Origin: a virus
Lineage: Duplodnaviria; Caudoviricetes
Strand: one strand, 5' to 3'
Length of the DNA stretch: 64,000 nt
Virus record (IMG/VR): IMGVR_UViG_3300032017_000001
Span: 21,152-85,151 of that record
Part shown: positions 35,916 through 43,970 of the stretch, one piece after another
How positions within the stretch are numbered: the stretch's first letter is position 1
Layout of the letters: each line of letters opens with the position of its first letter
Program-made: the position numbers and the translations under genes
Notes under the pieces: model-generated
Seen by the model: the letters and a program-made list of their open reading frames with translations, nothing else
Told to the model about the DNA's origin: nothing
Databases searched by the model: none

Positions 35916-36343
35916 CCGGATCTGAGATCTCGCCACTGCGCGACCGGATCATCGCTGCCGTCCGCGACACCCCCGCCCAGTACCCCGACGACATCGCAGA
36001 CGCCATCTGGCGTGCCGTCCAGGCCGAGCTCGCCGGGCACTACCAGCGCGCCGTCGACGCCGCCCTCGCAGCCGAAGCCCGCGCGAAGCAAGCCGAGGAC
36101 ACGCTTGAGCATTACCGCGGCTGGCTCGCCACCCAGCACGCGAACGCCGCCCGCGCTAACCAGGCCGGGGGAGTACCCGACCACCTGAAGATCAGCCCGC
36201 ACAACGGGATCGCCGCCGGCCTCCACACCGCACTCCTCGGCCTCGACCGCATCCTCAACCCGCACGACGCCGGCCCCACCGTTGCCGAAGCAGCCGCCCA
36301 GGACCGGCGTTGGTGGAACAGCGAGAAGACAGGCGAGCGATGA
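35912..36343 (+). CDS. Hypothetical protein
   Basis: GTGA coupling. Confidence 0.6.
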   Translation: MTGSEISPLRDRIIAAVRDTPAQYPDDIADAIWRAVQAELAGHYQRAVDAALAAEARAKQAEDTLEHYRGWLATQHANAARANQAGGVPDHLKISPHNGIAAGLHTALLGLDRILNPHDAGPTVAEAAAQDRRWWNSEKTGER

Positions 36344-36465
36344 TCACCCACCCTGCGCTCCCCGAGTGGCGATGCCCGACGCCTGACGAACTGCGCGAGC
36401 AAGCCGAAACCGACGACCTCACTCTCATCCATCCACCTGACGAACAGTCCGAGGAGACGCCGTGA
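36340..36465 (+). CDS. Small hypothetical protein
   Basis: Coupled both ends. Confidence 0.45.
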   Translation: MITHPALPEWRCPTPDELREQAETDDLTLIHPPDEQSEETP

Positions 36466-36722
36466 CCGCTTGGACTCCGCCGCCGCCCGGCGACACCCGC
36501 GAACAACTCCCCAACCATGTGCTCGCCCTCATCGAGGTGCCGTCGTACCTGTCCACCGCCTGCGAGACCGCCGGGGCCATCGAGGCCGCGGTCGGCACCC
36601 ACCACACCCAGGCCGGCGAACTCGCAGTGTGGAGGGAAAGGCTGCACGCCCGCTGCCGCATCAACAACAAGTACACCGGCCAACTCTGCGTCTGCGGATG
36701 CCACACGGAGGCCCGGCCGTGA
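36462..36722 (+). CDS. Cys/His-containing hypothetical protein
   Basis: ORF track; coupled. Confidence 0.6.
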   Translation: MTAWTPPPPGDTREQLPNHVLALIEVPSYLSTACETAGAIEAAVGTHHTQAGELAVWRERLHARCRINNKYTGQLCVCGCHTEARP

Positions 36723-36997
36723 CCGAGCAGCTCGCCCTCGACGTCCCGATGCCCGCAGCGCCCGAGCCCAGCCCGGAGCCGCGCACCTACTGGGAGAACC
36801 GCGGCCCGAACCAGTGGGAGCCGGTCACCGTCCGCACCCGCTACGCCGCCCCCGGACCGGCACCCGACCTTCTCCCGCACGTCACCACCGGCCGGACCGC
36901 ACCCCGCAACGTCCTCGTCGAAAGGGGCGACGGCTCCCGGGACGTGCGGCCCGTCCGACTCCTCCGCGCACGACAACCCCGCACCCGCGACGGGTGA
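36719..36997 (+). CDS. Hypothetical protein (RNV.V...DG..VRPVR motif)
   Basis: GTGA coupling. Confidence 0.6.
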   Translation: MTEQLALDVPMPAAPEPSPEPRTYWENRGPNQWEPVTVRTRYAAPGPAPDLLPHVTTGRTAPRNVLVERGDGSRDVRPVRLLRARQPRTRDG

Positions 36998-37010
36998 CCC
37001 GGATACGGCG

Positions 37011-37045
37011 ACGCCCCTGCTCCTCAACCCGAGGAGCGGGGGCGT
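37011..37045. terminator. Hairpin terminator between convergent units
   Basis: acgcccctgctcctc-loop-gaggagcgggggcgt. Confidence 0.7.
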
Positions 37046-37057
37046 TCACTGCTGCCG

Positions 37058-37798
37058 TTACGGCCAGTACAGCTTGACGTCCTCGGCGGACCCTCGCTGC
37101 CGCCCCACCGTCGGCGGCTGCACCGAATACCCCAGCGTCCGCAGCACCTCGGCTGCAGCCTCAGGTGCATCCCGCACCGCCGACATCAGCTGAATCTCCC
37201 GCCAGCTCCTCAACCGCTCCTCGATCACCGCACGCCACCCCGGCGCCGTCTCAATGGCGAACTCCCGCTTCATGAACAGCAGCACGTCCTCGAGCGCCGG
37301 CCGCATCCGATGCCCACCCACAGGAAGGTGCATCTCCGACAGCCGCGGCAACTTCCGACGCCTGAACCCCTGCTTCGGCCGACCAGCATCCGCCAGACGC
37401 AGCAGATAGGCCATCTCATCCCGATGCGCGTGCACCTGAATGTGCGCGCCCGGCGGCTCCTTGCTGCTCCGCACATACTCGAAGCGGATCAACGGATCCG
37501 GGATGGCCGCATAGTGCAGGTGAATGTCGGCCTGGTCAGTTGCCAGGAACGTGCTGCTGCCATCCCAGCAGCAGAAGTACCGGACCCGAAGACTCAAGAC
37601 CGCCTCGCCGTTGATCGAGACAGGGATCCGCAGCTCCCTCTCGTCCGCCGCTATGGGCGAGACCCGAACGCGAGAACCCATGTTCAGGGCAGCAAAACGC
37701 GGGGTGTCCTCACCAAGGACACCCCGCGTCAGGCCGTTCAGATCATCCGCGAACGCGGCCGCTAACGCGTCGAGCTTCGACGTCTCCCCGTTGGTCAC
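37058..37798 (-). CDS. Hypothetical protein, candidate toxin/defence effector
   Basis: GTG 37798; RFEY...PGAHIQVHAH...HLPVGGHR.RP motif; antisense to early operon. Confidence 0.65.
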   Translation of the reverse strand: MTNGETSKLDALAAAFADDLNGLTRGVLGEDTPRFAALNMGSRVRVSPIAADERELRIPVSINGEAVLSLRVRYFCCWDGSSTFLATDQADIHLHYAAIPDPLIRFEYVRSSKEPPGAHIQVHAHRDEMAYLLRLADAGRPKQGFRRRKLPRLSEMHLPVGGHRMRPALEDVLLFMKREFAIETAPGWRAVIEERLRSWREIQLMSAVRDAPEAAAEVLRTLGYSVQPPTVGRQRGSAEDVKLYWP

Positions 37799-37973
37799 CG
37801 TCGAGAAGGTAGTCGATCCCCTCGATGGTGTGCCAAACGTCCAGCTCATCCATCGACAAGCTGTACATCTCGGCCCGATCACGCAACTGCTCGAAGGTCA
37901 TGCCGACCTCGGCGAGCAGACTGGCACGCTGCTCGCGTAACTGCTCCGGCGTCTTGTGGATCACCGTCGTCAT
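37743..37973 (-). CDS. Small acidic protein overlapping the above, candidate antitoxin
   Basis: MTTVIHKTPEQLREQRASLLAEVGMTFEQL; ATG 37973. Confidence 0.6.
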   Translation of the reverse strand: MTTVIHKTPEQLREQRASLLAEVGMTFEQLRDRAEMYSLSMDELDVWHTIEGIDYLLDGDQRGDVEARRVSGRVRG

Positions 37974-38174
37974 AGCGAACCCCCAGTTCGTTGCTGACCG
38001 CCAGTCAAGCAGCATCGACTGACAACGCGGCGGGCAACCCGCAGAAACAACCTCCGAGCGAGTGAAGCCCACACGGTAGATACCCACAAAACCACCAGCA
38101 GACGCCCAGGTCGACGCGTCAGTGCAGTCAGCAGAAGGAACACCAGTCCCGTTGCTCCGAACGGGCGCAGCCGG

Positions 38175-38558
38175 TCACCCGACGTCCGGCCAAACCTCCC
38201 GCGGCCCCGGCTGAGGCTCCGGATCTTGCCGCGCCGCCGCTCTGGCGTTCTCCGCCCTCAACGCTGTCAGCCATGGCCACAGATCCGGCAAAGCCTGCCT
38301 CGAACACGCGAGAGCATGCGCGATCCGGCACTGCTGGTCCCGGGCAGCCGGAAACGTGCCGTACACCGTCACCCGGCCGTCGGACAGCTCAATCCAACGG
38401 TGCTCCGCCGGCACCAGATGCGCCAACACGCGTGCCGCCGGTTCCAACAGCACCCAGTCGCCGTCCAGCGTGGCTGCACGATCCTGCGCCAGTCCGCAGT
38501 ACGGGCATGCCGACTGGCCGCTGCCAATTCGTCGCGGACGTTCCTCCACAGCCCCCAT
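38175..38558 (-). CDS. DUF6083-like protein
   Basis: CPYCG..DR..T..GDWVLLEP...HRW...CRIAHALAC. Confidence 0.7.
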   Translation of the reverse strand: MGAVEERPRRIGSGQSACPYCGLAQDRAATLDGDWVLLEPAARVLAHLVPAEHRWIELSDGRVTVYGTFPAARDQQCRIAHALACSRQALPDLWPWLTALRAENARAAARQDPEPQPGPREVWPDVG

Positions 38559-38701
38559 ATGTCGAGCGTGCGGGCGTGGCAGCAAGCGGAGTAGGGCGCG
38601 AAGTGGACGGGGTGCACGAGGCGACGTACAGCGTTGGAGGTGCTGGAAGCCACAACAGCCGCCATCAGCATCGGCCGCCAGACGGTCCCAGGCCGGAACG
38701 C

Positions 38702-38736
38702 GACGCGCCCCGCCCGAAGACCGGGCGGGGCGCGTC
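38702..38736. terminator. Perfect 15-bp hairpin
   Basis: gacgcgccccgcccg-aagac-cgggcggggcgcgtc. Confidence 0.75.
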
Positions 38737-38787
38737 TAGGTGATCAAACCCGCGACACCTCAAGCGGCGCCGGCACCGGCGGGGCGG

Positions 38788-39396
38788 TCAACGTGCACCC
38801 CGGGACATCTGCTCCGCGCGCGCTCCCGAGACACCGAGGACTTCGCCAACCTCGCGCCACGATCGGCCTTCTGCCTTCAGCTCCAGGACTGCTTCCTGCC
38901 GCACCTGGCGGAAGTCCTGCTTGAGGCGCGCCTGGAGCCGTTCAATCTCCCGGTACTGCTCTACGAGATCGGGCATGGCCGTGACGGCCCTCATGACGTC
39001 ACGCCGCCTCTCGTCGATGTGCGGGTGCCGCGAGTGAGCCATCTGGGCGAGCGATACTCGGGGCGCCGGCACCGTCCTCACCCTCCGAACCTTCGGGCTG
39101 GCTTTCCTGAGGCTGACCTTTGGTCGAAGCCACGGCTGCCCCTCGACCGCCCACTTGATGAGCTTCACCGGGTCGAGTCGGAATGTGAACCACTCCCCAT
39201 GTGACCGCAGTCGGGTGAAGTTGCGGTGCAACTGGGTCTCCAGCTCGTGCCCGCCTGGAGTCGTCCAGAGGATGGCCAGCGGTACTGGCGACATCCGTTG
39301 AATCTCGGCGAAGCGCTTGGTCAAGTTGGTCGTGCGACCGATCTTTACCGTGTTGCTGCCAGGCGTCCCGAGGACGTAGACGACCTCTTCGGGCAT
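38788..39396 (-). CDS. GIY-YIG (T5orf172-like) nuclease domain with C-terminal HTH
   Basis: VYVLG...VKIGRTTNL.KRF...E..LH..F...R..GEWF; RSWREVGEVLGVSGARAEQM. Confidence 0.8.
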   Translation of the reverse strand: MPEEVVYVLGTPGSNTVKIGRTTNLTKRFAEIQRMSPVPLAILWTTPGGHELETQLHRNFTRLRSHGEWFTFRLDPVKLIKWAVEGQPWLRPKVSLRKASPKVRRVRTVPAPRVSLAQMAHSRHPHIDERRRDVMRAVTAMPDLVEQYREIERLQARLKQDFRQVRQEAVLELKAEGRSWREVGEVLGVSGARAEQMSRGAR

Positions 39397-39469
39397 TCGT
39401 TCTCCTTCCGCGCGACAGGCCCGTCGCTGTTCGGCGGGCCTGTCAGACTCTAGGGCTGGTGCCTTGCCG

Positions 39470-39745
39470 TCAGACCTCGGTCGTGATGAACGGAGCCGGC
39501 AGCTCAGGCAGGTCGACGTCGAAGACTTGGGCGAGGAGGTAGCGGGCGACGGTGTCGTGCTCGAGTTCGCTACGGCCCGGAGGCATGGCGAGCAGCAGGT
39601 CACCGTTCTTCCGCTGGACGACCGCGCCGAAGAAGTCCCGGTCGGGGATCGAGCTGTCGATGATCTCGGCGCCCGTCTCGGCGAGCAGGTCGTCGAGCGG
39701 GGTGTCGAGCAAGTGGTTGGGGGAGAGGGGAAGCGCTACAGTCAT
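39470..39745 (-). CDS. Hypothetical protein divergent from GntR
   Basis: ATG 39745; protein-like. Confidence 0.65.
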   Translation of the reverse strand: MTVALPLSPNHLLDTPLDDLLAETGAEIIDSSIPDRDFFGAVVQRKNGDLLLAMPPGRSELEHDTVARYLLAQVFDVDLPELPAPFITTEV

Positions 39746-39906
39746 GAGCGGACTCCAATCTCTGCAGGATTGAGTTGCTGTTGGCGGTGGCGACCCGCCG
39801 CTTATTTGGCCGGACGGTGGCGACCGTCCGGCCATTTGCGTGCTGAGGGCGTGCAAGACCCTGCCGTGATGTGCTCACTGTCACAGCGCGGCCACGCCAA
39901 CGTATC

Positions 39907-39998
39907 GCTCTAGAGCAATCGACGCCAGTCTTCTTGCAGGAATCCCGGCAAGGGCTCATTGACCAGCAGCGATGTAGAGCGGGTAGCGTTGCTCTAGA
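39907..39998. promoter_or_regulatory. GCTCTAGAGC palindromic operators upstream of GntR gene
   Basis: Perfect copy 39907-39916, half/degenerate copies 39974-39980 and 39989-39998. Confidence 0.6.
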
Positions 39999-40021
39999 TG
40001 AATCCGTCCCAAGGAGAGCCC

Positions 40022-40777
40022 GTGTCACGCAAGCCCGGCGAGCCGCACAAGTACCGGGAGATCGCCGACGACCTGCGTAGGCGAATCAATGCCGGGGAGT
40101 TCGGCGAGAAGCGCAAGCTCCCGTCCGAGCGCGACCTCCGCGCACAGTACGACGTCTCACAGATGACCGTGCGGCAGGCGCTCGGTGTCCTGCGGGACGA
40201 AGGCCTGATCGAATCCCGCGTCGGCTCCGGCTGGTACGTCGCAGAGTGGCGTCCCATCGTCCGCAACGCGCTGCAGCGGCTCTCTGCCGCTCAGTGGGGC
40301 GAAGGCCGATCCATGTGGGACGTCGATATCGATGACCGCCGCCTTGAGGCGCGCGACGTGCAGATCGAGCTGATCGACTGCCCGGCCGACGTTGCCCGCG
40401 CCCTGGACCTCGAAGAGGGCGAGCCGGTCTGGCGCCGGGACCGGCGCTACGTCGTCGACGGGGAAGTCGTCATGCGAGCGACGTCGTACATCCCAGACGG
40501 ACTCGCACGCGGTACGCGGATCACGCAGATCGACTCGGGGCCGGGCGGCACCTATGCCCGGCTTCGTGAAGCGGGGCACGGGCCGGTGCAGTTCCGCGAG
40601 CAGCTGCGGTGTCGACTCGCGACGCCAGCCGAGGTGGACGACCTACGCCTCGCTGCGGGTGCTCCCGTGGTGGAGCAGCACCGCTCGGCAATGCGCGCGG
40701 ACGGGTATGTCGTGGAAATCAACCGAATGGTTCTGGACGCGTCGAGATTCCTCTTCGTGTACGACTTCCCTGCCTGA
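40022..40777 (+). CDS. GntR/HutC-family regulator with UTRA domain (KorSA/TraR-like)
   Basis: YREIADDLRRRI..GE...KLPSERDL..YDVSQMTVRQAL; UTRA region. Confidence 0.9.
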   Translation: MSRKPGEPHKYREIADDLRRRINAGEFGEKRKLPSERDLRAQYDVSQMTVRQALGVLRDEGLIESRVGSGWYVAEWRPIVRNALQRLSAAQWGEGRSMWDVDIDDRRLEARDVQIELIDCPADVARALDLEEGEPVWRRDRRYVVDGEVVMRATSYIPDGLARGTRITQIDSGPGGTYARLREAGHGPVQFREQLRCRLATPAEVDDLRLAAGAPVVEQHRSAMRADGYVVEINRMVLDASRFLFVYDFPA

Positions 40778-40789
40778 CCTGCCGCTTCT

Positions 40790-40820
40790 GGCCCTCACCC
40801 CTTGGGGTGGGGGCCTTTTT
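40790..40820 (+). terminator. Rho-independent terminator
   Basis: ggccctcaccc-cttg-gggtgggggcc followed by TTTTT. Confidence 0.85.
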
Positions 40821-40843
40821 GGTGTCTCGTAATCCACCTTTCC

Positions 40844-40870
40844 GCTCTAGAGCTATTGATTGCTCTAGCG
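40844..40870. promoter_or_regulatory. GCTCTAGAGC operators upstream of transfer operon
   Basis: Perfect copy 40844-40853, degenerate attgctctagcg 40859-40870. Confidence 0.6.
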
Positions 40871-40922
40871 CACTCTGCTTCTATCTAGGTGTTCACCCCA
40901 GTCGACCGCAGGGGAGCACCTA

Positions 40923-41150
40923 GTGACACCTGTCTCCGTCGCCCCTCCGGGCGACTACCTGACCACCGGAGAGGTCGCCCGCCGCATAGGCGGCACCTCC
41001 CAGCACGTGCGGCAGCTCATCAAGTCAGGCCGGCTCGCGGCGATCGATATCGCCAAGGGAAACGGCCGGCCCCGCTTCCGAATCTCCGAGGCCGCGCTCG
41101 CCGACTTCCTCCGCGACGCGACCGTCACCGCCACGGAGGTGGCCTCATGA
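40923..41150 (+). CDS. Excisionase-like HTH protein
   Basis: YLTTGEVARRIG....VRQLIKSGRL.A...RFRISEAAL. Confidence 0.85.
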   Translation: MTPVSVAPPGDYLTTGEVARRIGGTSQHVRQLIKSGRLAAIDIAKGNGRPRFRISEAALADFLRDATVTATEVAS

Positions 41151-41413
41151 CCAGCACCACCGCCCCGACCGCCCCGCTTCCCTCCGCCGCCGCGCTGGCC
41201 CTGGCCCGCCTGGAGTCGGCGTTCCCGGTCATCCAGGCCGTCACCGTGTACGAGACGGCGGCGGTGCACCGCGCCCAGCTCGCCGCGCTCGCCGAGGCCG
41301 ACAAGCTGTCGGACCTCGACGCGGACTCCCTGGCCCACGCCGAAGACCTGGCCGCCGGCGCCCACGCCACCCTCGCCAACGCCGGCCGCCTCGACCTCAT
41401 CGGCGGTGCCTGA
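41147..41413 (+). CDS. Hypothetical protein
   Basis: ATGA coupling. Confidence 0.6.
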   Translation: MTSTTAPTAPLPSAAALALARLESAFPVIQAVTVYETAAVHRAQLAALAEADKLSDLDADSLAHAEDLAAGAHATLANAGRLDLIGGA

Positions 41414-41649
41414 TGGCCCGCCCGTCCCGCCGCGAGATGAACGAACTCGCCGCCGACCGCGAGAAGTGCGCCGCCCGCAGCGAACGGAACGCCCAGTCCG
41501 CCAAGGCCGCCGCCAACGACCCCACGCTCCCGGAGACCACCCGCAAGCAGGCCGCGGCCACCGTGCCGATCGCGCTGCGCCACGCGGCGGAGTACCGAGA
41601 GGAAGCCGCAGCCCTCCGCGAGGGCCGCATCCCGGGGGAGGACTGGTGA
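41413..41649 (+). CDS. Hypothetical protein
   Basis: TGATG coupling. Confidence 0.6.
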   Translation: MARPSRREMNELAADREKCAARSERNAQSAKAAANDPTLPETTRKQAAATVPIALRHAAEYREEAAALREGRIPGEDW

Positions 41650-41810
41650 GCGCCCGCGAGATCCTGGCTGACTTCCCGGCTGGTGGCCCGCGCGGCAGCT
41701 GGCCGGCGGAGGAGAAGGCCGCCGAGCTCACCGCCTCCGGCACCCCCGCCACCGTCCGCATGGACCTCGACTCCGACCGGTTCATCGTCGTCCCGGAGCG
41801 TGAGTCGTGA
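41646..41810 (+). CDS. Small hypothetical protein
   Basis: GTGA coupling. Confidence 0.55.
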   Translation: MSAREILADFPAGGPRGSWPAEEKAAELTASGTPATVRMDLDSDRFIVVPERES

Positions 41811-41929
41811 GCCCCGCCGAGCAGGGCGCCGCCGCGAAGGCCCTCGCCGCGCAGGCCCGCCAGCGGACCGAAGCCGCGAAGGCCGCCGCCGAGGCTGCCG
41901 AAGCAGCCCGACGAGCCCGGCAGCGCTAA
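41807..41929 (+). CDS. Ala-rich micro-ORF
   Basis: GTGA coupling. Confidence 0.45.
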   Translation: MSPAEQGAAAKALAAQARQRTEAAKAAAEAAEAARRARQR

Positions 41930-42031
41930 CCCCCTAGCCGCCGCGGGGTGGCGGATGTCCACGGCTCCCCTCCGTCCCGCCACCCCGCGGCCACCACCAC
42001 TTCCCACCGCACCCCTTGAAAGGGCACAGCC

Positions 42032-42271
42032 ATGTCTCCGTACCTGTTCTCCGCCGACCACGGCCGCACCGACCTGGGCGAGCGGTTCCGCACCTCGATC
42101 ACCGTCGCCGAGGCGCTGACCCTGTCGATCTCCGAGGTGTTCGACGAGTACGCCGACGCCCGCAAGTCCGGCGACCTGGCCCGTATGGCCGCCGTCCGCG
42201 ACTACGCCGCCCACCTCGACTCCGAACTCGCCGACGAGCTGGACGGCTTCGACTACCCGGCCGCCGCCTAA
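42032..42271 (+). CDS. Small acidic hypothetical protein
   Basis: ORF track; preceded by long hairpin. Confidence 0.6.
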   Translation: MSPYLFSADHGRTDLGERFRTSITVAEALTLSISEVFDEYADARKSGDLARMAAVRDYAAHLDSELADELDGFDYPAAA

Positions 42272-42359
42272 CCCCACAGGCCGCCGCCGCGCGATCCGCT
42301 ACCCCCCGTCTCACGCGGCGGCACCCCAACCCGCACCACCAACCGAGAGGAACCCCGAA

Positions 42360-42530
42360 ATGGCCTTCTTCAAGCGCGACATCAAGCCCGTCACCGTCGC
42401 CGGTCAGCCCCGCTTCAAGATCGAAGCCGACCCGTCCGCCATGGCGTTCAGCACGCCCGAGGAAGCCGAGAAGCAGCGGGATCTGCTCGACACCTTCAAG
42501 CCCCTGGACGACGGCCGCCGCGAGGACTGA
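42360..42530 (+). CDS. 56-aa cassette protein (MAFFKRD...)
   Basis: GAGAGG RBS, read manually (below ORF-track cutoff). Confidence 0.65.
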   Translation: MAFFKRDIKPVTVAGQPRFKIEADPSAMAFSTPEEAEKQRDLLDTFKPLDDGRRED

Positions 42531-42538
42531 CCCCACCA

Positions 42539-42585
42539 GCCCCGGCTAAGCCGCGACGGTGTCCGATCGACTCGGGCCCGGGGCA
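42539..42585 (+). ncRNA. tRNA-like intergenic element 1
   Basis: GCCCCGG/CCGGGGC-A acceptor-like stem; GTCCG-ATCGACT-CGGGC T-arm. Confidence 0.65.
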
Positions 42586-42626
42586 CTGCACCACCCACCT
42601 GACCACCAACCCGAGAGGAACCCGCC

Positions 42627-42830
42627 ATGGGCCTGTTCAGCCGCAAGTCGTCCGAGCCCCGCACGGCTACGACCCCCGCCACCCAGACCGACCAGTACCG
42701 CCTGAAGGCCACCGGCCGCCGGGTCACCGTCCTCGAGTACCTCAGCGGCGGTGACGTCCGTATCGCCATGGACAACGGCCACATCACACGGGACGACATC
42801 GTCAGCTCCCGCGACATCACCCCCGCCTGA
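42627..42830 (+). CDS. 67-aa cassette protein (MGLFSRK...)
   Basis: GAGAGG RBS; ORF track. Confidence 0.7.
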   Translation: MGLFSRKSSEPRTATTPATQTDQYRLKATGRRVTVLEYLSGGDVRIAMDNGHITRDDIVSSRDITPA

Positions 42831-42838
42831 CCCCTGCA

Positions 42839-42888
42839 GCCCCGGCATTCACGCCGTGAGGGCGCCGGATCGACTCCGGCCCGGGGCA
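42839..42888 (+). ncRNA. tRNA-like intergenic element 2
   Basis: GCCCCGG/CCGGGGC-A; GCCGG-ATCGACT-CCGGC. Confidence 0.65.
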
Positions 42889-42931
42889 CGCACCGCAGCC
42901 CACCTGATCACTCACCCGAGAGGACCAAATC

Positions 42932-43150
42932 ATGACCGAGCCCACCACCCCCGAGCCCGTCACCTACCACTGGATCGCCACCGTGCAGACCGGCCGGGGG
43001 CGGATCGAGACCAACGACGGTCCGGTCAGCGCGATCCCGGGCGTCCACACGCACACCTCCACGTACCAGGCCGTCCTCGCCAACCTCACCGAGAAGTACG
43101 GGACGGACTTCGGCCTCCTGTTCCTCGCCCTCGAGCCCGACCAGCTGTAG
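42932..43150 (+). CDS. 72-aa cassette protein
   Basis: GAGAGG RBS; ORF track. Confidence 0.7.
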   Translation: MTEPTTPEPVTYHWIATVQTGRGRIETNDGPVSAIPGVHTHTSTYQAVLANLTEKYGTDFGLLFLALEPDQL

Positions 43151-43157
43151 CCCGCCA

Positions 43158-43204
43158 GCCCCGGACCCGGCGTGACGCTGCCGGATCGACTCCGGCCCGG
43201 GGCA
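43158..43204 (+). ncRNA. tRNA-like intergenic element 3
   Basis: GCCCCGG/CCGGGGC-A; GCCGG-ATCGACT-CCGGC. Confidence 0.65.
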
Positions 43205-43244
43205 CGCACCGCCCACCCGAACCCCAACCCGAGAGGAGCCCGTC

Positions 43245-43436
43245 ATGGGCCTGTTCACCCGCAAGGTCTCCGAAGCCGCAACCGAGGCCGCCGACACCGT
43301 CGCGTCCGCCGCTATCCGCGCCGGCCGGAAGGTCGCCGGAGAGAAGGGTGCCGACGCCGCGAACGCGATGACCGGCCGCCGCTACGCCCGCTGCCCCGAG
43401 GGCTGCGCCAGCAGCGACCCCAACCACAGCCACTGA
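43245..43436 (+). CDS. 63-aa cassette protein (MGLFTRK..., C-terminal CPEGC..H.H)
   Basis: GAGAGG RBS; ORF track. Confidence 0.7.
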   Translation: MGLFTRKVSEAATEAADTVASAAIRAGRKVAGEKGADAANAMTGRRYARCPEGCASSDPNHSH

Positions 43437-43448
43437 CCAGAACACCCA

Positions 43449-43501
43449 GCCCCGGCCCGGCCGATCTCGGGTCTACGCCGCAAAGGCAGGCCGGGGCGCC
43501 A
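43449..43501 (+). ncRNA. Variant element 4 (same acceptor-like stem, ends GCCA)
   Basis: GCCCCGG 43449-55 / CCGGGGC 43491-97, then GCCA; different internal hairpins. Confidence 0.45.
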
Positions 43502-43542
43502 CCCCTGACCACCCCATCCGCACCGACCTAGGAGAGGTCGCA

Positions 43543-43755
43543 ATGCTCCGCATCGTCCTGTGGGCGCTCGCTGCCCTGTACCTGCTCGTCGTCGGCCTGA
43601 CCCCGGCCGCACTCGCCCCCATCACGCTCGCGTTCGCCGGTCTGGCCGCCGTGATCGCCGCCGTCCCGCCGTCCGTGCTGCTCCTCGCCGCCGCCGTCGT
43701 CTGGCTCAAGCGCAAGCCCGCCACCGCCAAGCCCGCCACCACGAGGGCCGCCTGA
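43543..43755 (+). CDS. Small membrane protein (Spd-like)
   Basis: Two TM helices, basic tail. Confidence 0.7.
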   Translation: MLRIVLWALAALYLLVVGLTPAALAPITLAFAGLAAVIAAVPPSVLLLAAAVVWLKRKPATAKPATTRAA

Positions 43756-43949
43756 TGGCCCGGCGCAACGAAGCCGACGCCGAGTGCGGCGCAGGCCGCA
43801 CCGACGACAACCGCGGCCCCAAGCCCACCCGCGCCTGGCAGCCGACCGCCCCCGGCGAGAACTGGTTCAACGGGATCACCCCCCAGCCGTCCGCCCGCCA
43901 GGGCGAATCCACCCGCCTGTACCGACGCGCCCGCGTCACCGCCAGCTAG
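43755..43949 (+). CDS. Small hypothetical protein
   Basis: TGATG coupling. Confidence 0.5.
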   Translation: MARRNEADAECGAGRTDDNRGPKPTRAWQPTAPGENWFNGITPQPSARQGESTRLYRRARVTAS

Positions 43950-43970
43950 CCCAGAGAGGAATCGATCCCG

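Noticed and set aside
11443-36997. Recurrent GGAGGC-N-GTGA/ATGA gene ends (EAA*, EAS*)
   Set aside because: Ordinary translational coupling with embedded RBS, not a repeat element.
42539-43204. Calling the repeated elements real tRNA genes
   Set aside because: Only 47-50 nt, no D arm or anticodon arm, no encoded CCA in units 1-3; kept as tRNA-like elements.
42531-43542. CRISPR array
   Set aside because: Spacers are full ORFs with RBS, repeats are degenerate and about 300 bp apart, no cas genes.
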